Notes: a model not told the origin generated them from the sequence alone. A DNA stretch of 32,605 nucleotides from Rickettsiales bacterium (GCA_044347385.1 JBIKUW010000002.1:1-32605); one strand, 5' to 3'. Numbered from the stretch's first letter, positions 7,916 through 17,853 are shown. Numbers and translations are program-made.

Positions 7916-10441
7916 TTAAATTGAATCATTTTTTATGATTTTTTTCCTAGCTTTTTTTACATTAGTAGGTTTTTCGATAGTAATTATATCGCCATCTTCA
8001 TTGTTAATTATTGCATGCTGAAGTGAATCTATCGCATTCTCTATCATTATTATTTCTAACCCTTCTTTTAGTTCGCTTTGGATTTCTTCCAATTCTCTGG
8101 CATTTTCTTTTGGAATTAATATGGTTTTTATATCATTTCTTTTTGCAGCAAGAATTTTTTCTTTTAAACCGCCAATTGCCAAAACTCTTCCTCTTAAGGT
8201 AATTTCTCCAGTCATAGCAATATCAGGTCGTATTTTTTTCTTCAATAGTAGCGATGCAAGAACGGTAAAAATTGTTATTCCAGCTGAAGGTCCGTCTTTT
8301 GGAGTTCCTCCCTCTGGAACATGTACATGTATGTCGTACGTCTTGTAGCTTGAATCATCTATATTTATAATGTTTTTACATGATTTTAGATAGCTAAATG
8401 CTGTTTGTATGGATTCTTGCATCACTTCTCCAAGTTTTCCAGTATATTTAATTGATCCAGTATAGTTTGGAGTTTCATTTGGTATAGCAACACATTCTAT
8501 TGTTAGAACGTCTCCTCCAAGTTCATTCCAAGCTAATCCTTGGATTACGCCAATTTTCGCTGATCTATTTTGTTCTCTTAAGTATTTTGGTAAACCTAGA
8601 AATTTTTCTAATGTTTCATTTGTAATATGTATAGGAATTTCCTCATTTTCATTTATTATTTTGAGTAGAGACTTTCTCATGATCATGCCAATTTGCTCTT
8701 CTAGATTTCTTACTCCTGCTTCATATGTATATCTACTTATAATTGTTTTGATTGCATCATTTTCGAATTTTATTTCGGAATCTTTTAGTCCATGCTCATT
8801 TTTTTGTTTTGGAATCATGTAATCAGCTGCAATTTTAAATTTTTCGTCATCACTATAGCTAGCTAATTGTATTATCTCAACTCTGTCTAATAGTGGTCTA
8901 GATATATTGTTTAAGGAATTTGCTGTGCATACAAATAATATATTAGATAAATCAAATGGTATATCTAGATAATGATCTAGGAAATCTTTGTTTTGCTCTT
9001 TATCTAATACTTCTAGTAATGCAGCCGCTGGATCTCCTCTAAAATCATTTCCTATTTTATCAATTTCATCCAGTAAAATTAGGGGATTCATGGTTTTAGC
9101 ATCTCGAATTGATCGCATTATTTTACCAGGCATAGATCCAAGATATGTTCTTCTGTGACCTCTGATATCTGCCTCATCTCTTATCCCACCTAGAGATATT
9201 CTCGCAAAACTTCTGCCAAGTGCAGTAGCAATTTTTTTTGATAATGAAGTTTTTCCAACTCCAGGAGGTCCAACTAACAATAAAGCAGATTTTGCTGTAG
9301 CTCCATCTCTGAATTCAACAGCTAAGTATTCTAATATTCTTTCTTTTACTTTTTCCATTCCATAATGTTCTTTATTTAGCTCGTTGTATACATCATTGAA
9401 ATTTTTTTTGAAACTTGAGTAATTATTCCATGGCATGTTCAGACACCAATCTAGATAATTCCTTACAACTCCTGCATCCGATGAGTTGTTATGCATCGCC
9501 TTTAATTTTCTTATTTCTGATTGCAATTTATTTTTTATTTCTGGACAAAGAGTGATTTCTGATAATTTTTTCTCTAATATTTCGGTGTCTGATGATTCGC
9601 CAGTTAGGGACTCTATTTCTTTATTTATGATTTTTGCTTTTTCTGTTAACAAGTAGATTTTTTGGGTTTTTTCTATATGTTCCTTTACTTGATCATCTAT
9701 AGTTTTATTTAGTTGTTGTTTTAGTATTGATTTATCGATGATTGAAAATGCTATCACTATTCTTTTTTGCAAATCAAATTCAACAATGAGGTTAAAAAGT
9801 TCTTCTTGAGTTAACTGAAATTCATAAGATAGTTTATCAACTTTTTTTGATATGTTCTCAATATCATTTATGAAATTGTATGTTTGTATTGAGCCGTATG
9901 CGTGAGAATAATTTTTAAATTTTTGCATTAAAGCCGTTATTTTACCTTGTATTTCATAATCATTTTCATTTTTTTTAGTGTCGTTCTGTTTCTGGTAAAA
10001 ATTAAATTTATTAAATTTAATGATGTTATTTTCTATGTATTGTGTGTCATCAAATAAATTATGATATATTGATGATGCTAATATTTCTTTATTGTCAAAA
10101 TTTATTTTCTCAATGGAATTTAATATTACGCGCGCTTTTATTGAGAGAAGAACTTTAATATAGTTCTTATTATCTTTTACTTCAGCAAATTTATTTATTA
10201 TTTTACATAGCACTCCAGCTTTTGTATTACCGTTTATTTCTGCTTTGTTTTCTGTATCGTTATGGTTTTCTTGTTTATTCGTATAGTCTAAGCCAAGTAT
10301 GATATGACCATTAGAATTATCTATAGCATATTGTATTGTTGATATTGATGATTCTTTATAAATTGAAATTATTTGCTCTTCAAGCCCTGGTAGTGGCACG
10401 CTGTGCATTAATATAATTGGTATCAACTCTAGATTATTCAT
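7916..10441 (-). CDS. lon: ATP-dependent Lon protease
   Basis: 841 aa with Walker A GPPGVGKTS and Walker B ILLDEIDK. The protease domain carries PKDGPSAGITIF (catalytic Ser) and GGLKEKILAA (catalytic Lys). The N-domain has N/K-rich insertions. Confidence 0.97.
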   Translation of the reverse strand: MNNLELIPIILMHSVPLPGLEEQIISIYKESSISTIQYAIDNSNGHIILGLDYTNKQENHNDTENKAEINGNTKAGVLCKIINKFAEVKDNKNYIKVLLSIKARVILNSIEKINFDNKEILASSIYHNLFDDTQYIENNIIKFNKFNFYQKQNDTKKNENDYEIQGKITALMQKFKNYSHAYGSIQTYNFINDIENISKKVDKLSYEFQLTQEELFNLIVEFDLQKRIVIAFSIIDKSILKQQLNKTIDDQVKEHIEKTQKIYLLTEKAKIINKEIESLTGESSDTEILEKKLSEITLCPEIKNKLQSEIRKLKAMHNNSSDAGVVRNYLDWCLNMPWNNYSSFKKNFNDVYNELNKEHYGMEKVKERILEYLAVEFRDGATAKSALLLVGPPGVGKTSLSKKIATALGRSFARISLGGIRDEADIRGHRRTYLGSMPGKIMRSIRDAKTMNPLILLDEIDKIGNDFRGDPAAALLEVLDKEQNKDFLDHYLDIPFDLSNILFVCTANSLNNISRPLLDRVEIIQLASYSDDEKFKIAADYMIPKQKNEHGLKDSEIKFENDAIKTIISRYTYEAGVRNLEEQIGMIMRKSLLKIINENEEIPIHITNETLEKFLGLPKYLREQNRSAKIGVIQGLAWNELGGDVLTIECVAIPNETPNYTGSIKYTGKLGEVMQESIQTAFSYLKSCKNIINIDDSSYKTYDIHVHVPEGGTPKDGPSAGITIFTVLASLLLKKKIRPDIAMTGEITLRGRVLAIGGLKEKILAAKRNDIKTILIPKENARELEEIQSELKEGLEIIMIENAIDSLQHAIINNEDGDIITIEKPTNVKKARKKIIKNDSI

Positions 10442-10526
10442 ATTGATTTAAAAAATAAATTCATTTGTTAAAGTAGTAGTTTTTAAATAATACAGCAATC
10501 AAGCTATCTTGAGAAGCAAATTAGCT

Positions 10527-11831
10527 TTATTTATTGCTATTTTTTTCTTGATTAGTGATATTGTTATATTTTGAGAATTTATTTTCTATATATTTTTTAT
10601 CAATAGTAAGTTCTGTAGTTGCGTTGTCACTAACCTCAAACATTTCGTCATACAATAAGTTCTCTATTATTGATCTTAATGCGCGAGCACCGCTTTTTCT
10701 TTTTCTTGCGAGTTCAGCAATATAGAATAGTGCATCTTCAGTGAAGACTAATTTTCTGTTATCAAGTTCAAATAATTTGATATATTGTTTTATAATCGCA
10801 TTTTTTGGTTCTGTGAGTATTCTTACGAGTAGTTTTTCATCCAATTCATCTAGCACGCATATAATATGTAGTCTTGATACAAATTCTGGTATAAATCCGT
10901 ATTCTATTAGATCTTCTGGCTCAATATGTTTTAATGCATCTGATAAATTCTCTTTGTTGTTTTTTATTTTTGCATCAAATCCTATACTGCTTAAATTTCT
11001 TCTTTTATTTATTATGTGCTTTAATTCCGGAAATGCACCGCAACATACAAACAATATACTTTGTGTATCAACTGGCATGGTTTCAGCATGCAACCCTCTT
11101 TTTGTATTGTTTGGAGAAACGTAAACTTTTGTTCCTTCTAGTATTTTGAGTAATGCTTGCTGAACTCCTTCGCCAGAAACATCGCGCGTTCCCGACATTG
11201 CATCAGATTTTTTTGCAATTTTGTCAACTTCATCAATACAAACAATGCCATGTTCTGCTTTAATTGGATCTCCGTGAGCATCTTGTAATAATCTCTGTAT
11301 TGCAACATCAGCATCATCGCCAACATATCCAGTTTCTGTAATACTTGTTGCATCACATGATGCATATGGAACATTCAAAATTTTTGCAATTGTGTTTGCA
11401 ATCAATGTTTTTCCAGAGCCAGTAGGGCCAATAATTAAAATATTTGATTTGCTAATTTCTATTTCTTTTGTTTGTAATTTGTTGTATTCAATCCTTTTTT
11501 TGTGATTATAAACAGCAACTGATAGTAGTCTTTTTGCATGATCTTGTCCTATGATTACTTCATCAAGTTTTTTCTTTATATCTGCTGGAGTGAAATCTTG
11601 TATCTTGAACTCTACAACTCCGCTATCTTTTTTGTTTTCCGAATGACCAATGTTTAAAGAATGAATCATTCTGTTTGCAACTAAAACTCTGAATGTTATT
11701 GTTGCGCATTCGTTACATATGAAAACATCTGACTCCTCATTTTGACTGAAAAGTTTTTCAACTTCATTTTCTTTTTTTCTACAGAAGGAGCAAATTTTCT
11801 CATTTTCGTCTTTTGTATTTTTTTTGATCAT
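10527..11831 (-). CDS. clpX: ATP-dependent Clp protease ATP-binding subunit ClpX
   Basis: 434 aa with an N-terminal zinc-binding CSFC...CNEC motif, Walker A GPTGSGKT and Walker B VCIDEVDK. It also carries the GYVG pore loop and the IGF-type loop SSIGFDA. Confidence 0.97.
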   Translation of the reverse strand: MIKKNTKDENEKICSFCRKKENEVEKLFSQNEESDVFICNECATITFRVLVANRMIHSLNIGHSENKKDSGVVEFKIQDFTPADIKKKLDEVIIGQDHAKRLLSVAVYNHKKRIEYNKLQTKEIEISKSNILIIGPTGSGKTLIANTIAKILNVPYASCDATSITETGYVGDDADVAIQRLLQDAHGDPIKAEHGIVCIDEVDKIAKKSDAMSGTRDVSGEGVQQALLKILEGTKVYVSPNNTKRGLHAETMPVDTQSILFVCCGAFPELKHIINKRRNLSSIGFDAKIKNNKENLSDALKHIEPEDLIEYGFIPEFVSRLHIICVLDELDEKLLVRILTEPKNAIIKQYIKLFELDNRKLVFTEDALFYIAELARKRKSGARALRSIIENLLYDEMFEVSDNATTELTIDKKYIENKFSKYNNITNQEKNSNK

Positions 11832-11949
11832 CTTGTTTTTATTATTACTAAAACTGTTAGATATCTTTTATCTTGTATTATAATTTAATAATACATTAAA
11901 ATCCTAATTTACGCTATAATTTCTTTTATATTTATATTTTTAATTAATT

Positions 11950-12531
11950 GTGAATCTTAATTACTTAATAGTGGGTCTAGGAAATCACGGAGATTCTTAT
12001 AAAAACCATAGGCATAATGCCGGGTATATTGTTTTAGATTCTATATGCAAAGTTTTGAATATTAAAGATTGCAAAAGAGATAAAAGTAGTGTTTATTCGA
12101 GTTTAAAATTCAAAGGTAATAAATTTTTTTTTTTAAAACCAGAGACATATATGAATAACTCTGGTGTAGCAATTCAAAATATAAAAAGTTTTTTCAAGAT
12201 TGAAAATAAAAATATTATTGTACTTTATGATGAATTAGATTTAAAAAGTTGTCAGTGCCGAATTAAAATCGGCGGTGGTGACAATGGGCATAATGGAATA
12301 AAATCCGTTGATTCTCTCTGTGGAAAAGATTATGTGAAATTTAAAATTGGCATTGGGAGGCCAGAAATTCCAAACATGGAAATCAGCAGCTATGTTCTTT
12401 CTGATTTGTCAAAAAATGAGATTGACTCTATGAAAAAAATTGGGGAAATAATAGCGCAACACTTAGATGGATTGTTTAATAAAGATGGTCAAAGTGTTTT
12501 GTTGAATAAGATTAGTAAAATTGATAGATAG
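11950..12531 (+). CDS. pth: Peptidyl-tRNA hydrolase
   Basis: 193 aa with a GTG start. LIVGLGNHG..Y..HRHNAGY and TYMNNSG are typical Pth motifs. Confidence 0.9.
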   Translation: MNLNYLIVGLGNHGDSYKNHRHNAGYIVLDSICKVLNIKDCKRDKSSVYSSLKFKGNKFFFLKPETYMNNSGVAIQNIKSFFKIENKNIIVLYDELDLKSCQCRIKIGGGDNGHNGIKSVDSLCGKDYVKFKIGIGRPEIPNMEISSYVLSDLSKNEIDSMKKIGEIIAQHLDGLFNKDGQSVLLNKISKIDR

Positions 12532-12542
12532 ATAATTATTTT

Positions 12543-13028
12543 CTACACATCGATTCCTATGTATATGTTTGCTGAGTATTTTTCGGGATTTGCATGGTAT
12601 TGCGACCTATCGTAAACTTCGAAATCTGTTTTGTAGCTTCTGTTTTTTAAATCTTCTTTCCAAATTTTAGTCCAAACATCAATAATAATTTGTGGTACTT
12701 GTCCTAGTTCTGAGGTGAATTCCGCATAATTTTGACTTTGAATTTTAAGAGTTTGAAATTCTTCTAGTTGATTATCAAATGATGAAATTTCTTGCCCTAT
12801 AAAATAAGTATAATCGCCATTTAAGTCATTTTCATAATCAGTATAAACGCAGTATACAAGATCTGAATTGACATGATTTTTTATTTTTGAGAACATCGCT
12901 TCATTATAAAACTTCATCATGGTTGAATGAATTTTTCCAGTTTCTTGATTGGTTTCATTTTTGTTATTAGTTCTGACAGAAATTCCAATTAATTTTTTTT
13001 CATTGATAAAAACTGTTTCGTGGTTCAT
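12543..13028 (-). CDS. GyrI-like / AraC effector-binding-domain small-molecule-binding protein (stand-alone)
   Basis: 161 aa. The pattern (KLIGISVRTNN..., ...VYCVYTDYE...DYTYFIGQE..., ...FEVYD...) matches the duplicated beta-alpha-beta-beta GyrI-like fold family. There is no DNA-binding domain. Confidence 0.6.
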   Translation of the reverse strand: MNHETVFINEKKLIGISVRTNNKNETNQETGKIHSTMMKFYNEAMFSKIKNHVNSDLVYCVYTDYENDLNGDYTYFIGQEISSFDNQLEEFQTLKIQSQNYAEFTSELGQVPQIIIDVWTKIWKEDLKNRSYKTDFEVYDRSQYHANPEKYSANIYIGIDV

Positions 13029-13128
13029 TTTGATACTGAGATTTAATTTTAATGATTTATTATATCATTTTAATGATAAATTTAGTACTGAAAATTTTTC
13101 ATCAATGTATTTTTAAAATATTTTTAAT

Positions 13129-14496
13129 TTAAAAATTATTTAATATTTTTTTTGTTTTTTCTGGTTGAAGTAGTTTTATTAGTTTATTCATCTCTGGGCC
13201 GTGTTCTTTTCCAGTGATTATTTTTCTCAAACTAATGAACAGTTCTTTTTTTTGAAATTCTGGATTGTTTTTTGAAATTTCTGAAACTAAATTTGACCAA
13301 GTTTTGTCATCAAATTCTTCAGGTAAAAATTGAAGTCCAAGTTTTGCAATTGTTCTGATTTTCTCATCTTTCTCAAACAAAAAGTCAATCTTTTGCTCAT
13401 GATAAATTTTATTCCAGTGCATTATTTCACTTAGATTCTCTAAATTATGTTTTACTATTTCCCATAAATCTTTATCTTGATCAATGGATAAATATTTTTT
13501 CATGAATTTGTCTATTTCTTCAAACTCCATTTCACAAAGAATTCTTAAATTCAAAATTTCAAGCTCTTTTTTAGTGAAATTTGGAGATGAACTGCTGCAA
13601 TTTTTGATATCAAATTCTTTGATTAATTCATCAATTGATAATTTAAATTCTGCGATGTTTTGTGAAGATCCAAGTTTTGATAAGTAATTTAAAATTGTAA
13701 TTGGTAAAATTCCTTCATTTAGAAGTGTTTTAATTTCAAACCCACCAATTCTTTTTGAAATTTTTCCTTCTGGCATCTTTAATAATGCTAAATGTGCAAA
13801 TTGTGGTATTTCTGCATTCATCGCTTCCCACATTTGAATTTGCGATGCTGTGTTTGAAATGTGGTCTTCTCCGCGAATTACATAGTTTATATTATAGTCA
13901 ATATCATCGATCACAGAAATAAGCAAATAGGTGAATGTTCCATCTGCTCTAATTACAACTGGATCAGAAAGCAATTTTGAATCAAATTTCAATTCATTTT
14001 TAATATCATCATTCCAGGTAATATTTTTCGTTCTATCTAGTTTGAAGCGATAATATGGTTTTCTGTTTTCAGAAATAAATTTGTTTTTTTCCTCTTCTGA
14101 AATTTTATTTTTTTCAAAATCATAAATAAAAGGAACGTTATTTTTCATGCAGATCTTTCTTTTCATCTCCAATTCATCCTGCGTTTCATAACATGAATAA
14201 ATTCTTCCTGATTCTATTAATTGTTCTTTAACATTGTTATATCGATTTATTCTTTCTGATTGTCTAAATTCTTCATCCCAAGTAATTGTGCATTTTGATA
14301 AATCTTCTCTTATTTGAGTCACATACTCTTCTTTCGATCTTTCTAAATCAGTGTCATCAATTCGTAAAATAAATCTTCCTTCTAAGTTTTTTCTCGCCAT
14401 GAAATAAGCAATAATTGCTGTTCTCATGTTCCCGATATGCAATTCTCCAGTTGGACTTGGAGCAAATCGCGTTCTAATTATTTGTCTATTGTTCAT
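13129..14496 (-). CDS. gltX: Glutamyl-tRNA synthetase
   Basis: 455 aa with RTRFAPSPTGELHIGNMRTA (HIGH motif), GKISKR (KMSKS motif) and the class I core IRGEDHISNT. Confidence 0.93.
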   Translation of the reverse strand: MNNRQIIRTRFAPSPTGELHIGNMRTAIIAYFMARKNLEGRFILRIDDTDLERSKEEYVTQIREDLSKCTITWDEEFRQSERINRYNNVKEQLIESGRIYSCYETQDELEMKRKICMKNNVPFIYDFEKNKISEEEKNKFISENRKPYYRFKLDRTKNITWNDDIKNELKFDSKLLSDPVVIRADGTFTYLLISVIDDIDYNINYVIRGEDHISNTASQIQMWEAMNAEIPQFAHLALLKMPEGKISKRIGGFEIKTLLNEGILPITILNYLSKLGSSQNIAEFKLSIDELIKEFDIKNCSSSSPNFTKKELEILNLRILCEMEFEEIDKFMKKYLSIDQDKDLWEIVKHNLENLSEIMHWNKIYHEQKIDFLFEKDEKIRTIAKLGLQFLPEEFDDKTWSNLVSEISKNNPEFQKKELFISLRKIITGKEHGPEMNKLIKLLQPEKTKKILNNF

Positions 14497-14513
14497 GCAT
14501 AACCTATAATTTT

Positions 14514-14918
14514 TTATGATTTTATCACATCTTCTTTTATATAGTTATCAGTATTTTCTTTATCTCTTTCTAATTCATTTATTTTTATCATTATTGCTAA
14601 ACCAACAGCGAAAGTAGCTACTCCAACAACAATTGCAGTTAACATCAAAACTTGAGGCAGTGGGTTGTTGTAAACTGTCTTTGATAATTTTTCTGAAGTT
14701 TCTTCAAAATTTATAATTGGATAATCTGACCCATGATTAAATCCAATTGTTAAATAAAGTATGATTATTGTTGTTTGAAAAATTGAAAGTCCGATTAATT
14801 TATGCAATATATTCTCTCTGTTTACTATGTGAAATAAACTAAAAAACATTATAAAAAATATTAAATAGTAATTATATTTATTTGATATGTGATTTATGAT
14901 TAAAGAAAGATTATTCAT
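14514..14918 (-). CDS. mnhC: Mrp/Mnh-type cation:proton antiporter subunit C (NuoK-like)
   Basis: 134 aa with three TM segments. LIGLSIFQTTIIILYLTIG and NPLPQVLMLTAIVVGVATFAVGLAI are typical of MnhC/MrpC. It overlaps mnhB by 8 nt. Confidence 0.8.
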   Translation of the reverse strand: MNNLSLIINHISNKYNYYLIFFIMFFSLFHIVNRENILHKLIGLSIFQTTIIILYLTIGFNHGSDYPIINFEETSEKLSKTVYNNPLPQVLMLTAIVVGVATFAVGLAIMIKINELERDKENTDNYIKEDVIKS

Positions 14919-15972
14919 ATTTTTTCTCTGATTTTAAATTAAAAAATATTATTGTCATTACTGCAAAAACTGTCATTCCTACACCAAGTTCTGAAATAAA
15001 AATGCTAATTTTTTGTGAACTTGAATGACATTCAGAAATTAAATTTGTTGCTCCACATGTTACGTAATTATGATTAAGGAAGTTTTGTCCTTTAAAAATT
15101 GGAATTAATCCAACTGTAAAATACAATAAAACTCCTATTGTTCCAATTCTCATGAGTAAACTATTGGTTAGATATTTTCTAATTAAATCTTCGCTGATTG
15201 TTATAGAATATCCTATAATTGCAGTTGCTAATATCGATCCAGATTGAAATCCTCCGCCAGGACTTTCTTCTCCGTGAGCTTGAATATAAAATGCAAACAG
15301 AATAATAAATGGCAATATCAGCATTACTACATTTGATATGATCGATTTATCATACAAAATGCTTTTTGTAATTTGTTGAATTGATTTGTTTTGAGATAAT
15401 ATTGATGTGACGGAAATTCCAGCTGTGAGAATTACGATTGTTTCTATTAAAGTATCGTAACCTCTAAAACTAATTATGATGGCTGTTACAATGTTTGGAA
15501 ATTGTAAGAAATCTTTTGTTTGTTCTATGTAATGTTTTATTGTGTCGTTATATAAAAATGGCAATGAGTCGGAAGTTATCCGTGGAAAGTGAAATGATGT
15601 TTTTTCAAAAAAAATAATAAATAATGCGAAGAATAAAGAGAATATTCCATATTTAAAAATTCTGTTACATTTATCAATATTACCTTCTTTATTTTTGTCA
15701 ACAAGTCCTGTTATTTGTTTTTTCTCTTTTTGTCTCAAACAAAAGGATGATTTCAAAATAAATACTGTTGTGATGCATGCGCCAATTGAGATTTCAGTAA
15801 TTGCAACATCTGGAGAATTGAATAGTAAATACTGAATAGAGCAGAGAGTGCTAAAAATAGATGTTAGTATTATTATAATGATAGTTTTTTCATTTTTATC
15901 ATAGAATATTCTTATTGTAATAAGTGCTATAAGTAGCAAATTTACTGTGTTATATATTTCAAAATACTTCAT
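14911..15972 (-). CDS. mnhB: Mrp/Mnh antiporter subunit B fused to a DUF4040 (MrpA C-terminal-like) domain
   Basis: 353 aa polytopic protein. The N-terminal DVAITEISIGACITTVFIL matches the DUF4040 motif. The central NIVTAIIISFRGYDTLIETIVILTAG is the MnhB signature. Its start shares one base with the mnhG stop (TAATG). Confidence 0.75.
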   Translation of the reverse strand: MKYFEIYNTVNLLLIALITIRIFYDKNEKTIIIIILTSIFSTLCSIQYLLFNSPDVAITEISIGACITTVFILKSSFCLRQKEKKQITGLVDKNKEGNIDKCNRIFKYGIFSLFFALFIIFFEKTSFHFPRITSDSLPFLYNDTIKHYIEQTKDFLQFPNIVTAIIISFRGYDTLIETIVILTAGISVTSILSQNKSIQQITKSILYDKSIISNVVMLILPFIILFAFYIQAHGEESPGGGFQSGSILATAIIGYSITISEDLIRKYLTNSLLMRIGTIGVLLYFTVGLIPIFKGQNFLNHNYVTCGATNLISECHSSSQKISIFISELGVGMTVFAVMTIIFFNLKSEKKYE

Positions 15973-16286
15973 TATTTTTTAATTTCAATTTCAGAATTGT
16001 TTCTTTGCTCTTTATAGTAGAGTGTACATATGCAATGTGCACTTGTTGCGCATGTTATTAGTAGAAAAAAAATTGTAATTACAAGTTTAAAACTTGCAAA
16101 AATATTTGTTGATAAAATTGCAACACCAATAAGCATGAGTGGCATTCCAAAAGAATCATTGATTCCAGCGCAATGCATTTTTTGATATGGATCTTTTCCA
16201 TAAAACATAACTCCTAAGACTGAAATTATTGCTGCGAATAGTCCAAAATACGAAACTGATATTCCTATCAAATTTATTATTGTCAT
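15972..16286 (-). CDS. mnhG: Mrp/Mnh antiporter subunit G
   Basis: 104 aa with three TM segments. FGLFAAIISVLGVMFYGKDPYQKMHCAGINDSFG resembles the MnhG/PhaG motif (R.PD.Y.R.HA..K...G). Confidence 0.7.
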   Translation of the reverse strand: MTIINLIGISVSYFGLFAAIISVLGVMFYGKDPYQKMHCAGINDSFGMPLMLIGVAILSTNIFASFKLVITIFFLLITCATSAHCICTLYYKEQRNNSEIEIKK

Positions 16287-16484
16287 TTTTTATTTAATAT
16301 TTTTTATAATTATATTTGATTTTTTATATTATGGATTGTTTTATCAAAAATAATATACATTTAACATCTTATATAAGAATTTTGTCTAGTTTTATTTTTT
16401 ATTAATAGCGTTTATTACTTTTGATTGTTTCTTTGATTGATATAATAAGATCTGTATTTTATGAAGTTATGATGAAGTATTTAT

Positions 16485-16997
16485 ATGGAAATGCGTAGGA
16501 GTTATTTGAAAAATCTTTTTGATAATGATTTTTATGTTTTAATTTTTTTTAGTTTAATTTCAATAATTCCACTCCTAATTGTTTATATTCTAGAATATTT
16601 TTTTAGTGTTGCTCCTTGCAAATTATGTGTTTATGAGCGAATACCTCTTTTTGTTATTGCGGTTTTGCCGATACTATTTTTCTTTTCAAAAAAAAACAGT
16701 ATAAAGGGTTTTTTTATAGTTTTTTTTGCAATTTTATTTAATGTTGCTTTATCTTTTTATCATGTTGGAATTGAGAACAAGTGGTTCGTGAATAATACTT
16801 GCAAGGGTTTAAATTCATCGCATGGAACTTTAGAGAGTCTTTTTCTTTCAAGCAATACTCTTTTTCAGCAATGTGATATTGTGAAATTTCGTTTTCTCAA
16901 ACTTTCTCTTGCAGAATGGAATTTTATTTATTGTTTATTATTTTTTATTCTCATAAATTTTTTCCTTGTTAAAAGATTCTTAAATAAAAATCTATAA
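16485..16997 (+). CDS. dsbB: Disulfide bond formation protein B family (DsbB-like)
   Basis: 170 aa with four TM segments. The first periplasmic loop carries CKLC followed by YERIP. A second Cys pair (NNTC...FQQC) lies in the second loop. Confidence 0.75.
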   Translation: MEMRRSYLKNLFDNDFYVLIFFSLISIIPLLIVYILEYFFSVAPCKLCVYERIPLFVIAVLPILFFFSKKNSIKGFFIVFFAILFNVALSFYHVGIENKWFVNNTCKGLNSSHGTLESLFLSSNTLFQQCDIVKFRFLKLSLAEWNFIYCLLFFILINFFLVKRFLNKNL

Positions 16998-17079
16998 AAA
17001 ATATACATATGGCATATTTTGAAAAGATTTATAAGATGTATACAGTATTATTTATTTTATTTTAGAAATATAGCGAATC

Positions 17080-17853
17080 ATGATTTTAAATTTTTTGCGT
17101 TTCACCGGGAGATCAATAATTAATTTTTATTCTGATCTATTTTTCAGAATCAAAGTTATTTTCATGGCTTTCTTTTCATTATTTTTTAAACCATTTTACT
17201 TTAGAAGATTGTGGGTTGAATTATTAAATATCGGCGTTGCTTCTGTCCCGATTGTCGGAATGACTGCTTTGTTTAGTGGAAGTGTTCTTGCTCTGCAATC
17301 ATATGTTGGATTTTCTAGGGTTGATGCTAGTAGCTCAATTCCACTAGTTGTAGTTTTGTCAATCACGCGAGAATTAGGTCCAGTTTTAACTGGGTTAATG
17401 CTTTCTGGTCGTATTGCTTCAAATATAGCTTCTGAAGTTGGATCTATGAAAATTACGGATCAGATTGATGCCATGTATATTATGGGGATTGATAAGAATC
17501 AATACTTGTTGCGCCCAAGATTAATTTCAATGGTAATTTTCATGCCGATTTTAGCAATTATTGCTGATATTTTAGGAATCTTTGGTGGATATCTTGTAAG
17601 TATTTATAAACTTGGTTATAGTTCTGTTTCGTATCAAAAAATGACTTTTGATTTTTTAAAATTTGAAGATGTTGTTTCCGGTTTGATTAAGGCATCGTGC
17701 TTTGGTGTAATAATTGTTTTGACTGGGTATGTTTGTGGTTTGTATGCAATGAAAAATACATATGGAGTTGGAATTGCAACAAGAAATGCGGTTGTTTGTT
17801 CAACAATTTTGATTTTGGTAGCGAACTATTTCTTAACTTATTTCTTGTTTTGA
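17080..17853 (+). CDS. mlaE: MlaE/Ttg2B-family ABC transporter permease (lipid asymmetry maintenance)
   Basis: 257 aa. ITRELGPVLTGLMLSGRIAS..ASEVGSMKITDQIDAM is the hallmark MlaE block. No mlaF or mlaD is adjacent. Confidence 0.88.
   Translation: MILNFLRFTGRSIINFYSDLFFRIKVIFMAFFSLFFKPFYFRRLWVELLNIGVASVPIVGMTALFSGSVLALQSYVGFSRVDASSSIPLVVVLSITRELGPVLTGLMLSGRIASNIASEVGSMKITDQIDAMYIMGIDKNQYLLRPRLISMVIFMPILAIIADILGIFGGYLVSIYKLGYSSVSYQKMTFDFLKFEDVVSGLIKASCFGVIIVLTGYVCGLYAMKNTYGVGIATRNAVVCSTILILVANYFLTYFLF

Noticed and set aside
10470-10510. A sigma32-like heat-shock promoter or a hairpin (TCAAG-ATAG-CTTGA) between clpX and lon.
   Set aside because: A CTTGAT resembles the CTTGAA -35 element, but there is no CCCCAT-like -10 at the right spacing. 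The hairpin has only 5 bp.
13040-13090. Repeated and inverted ATTTTAATGAT / ATCATTTTAAT motifs in the gltX-to-GyrI-like spacer, as a possible terminator or operator.
   Set aside because: The stem is only about 6 bp, nearly all A:T, with imperfect extension. It cannot be told apart from chance in this composition.
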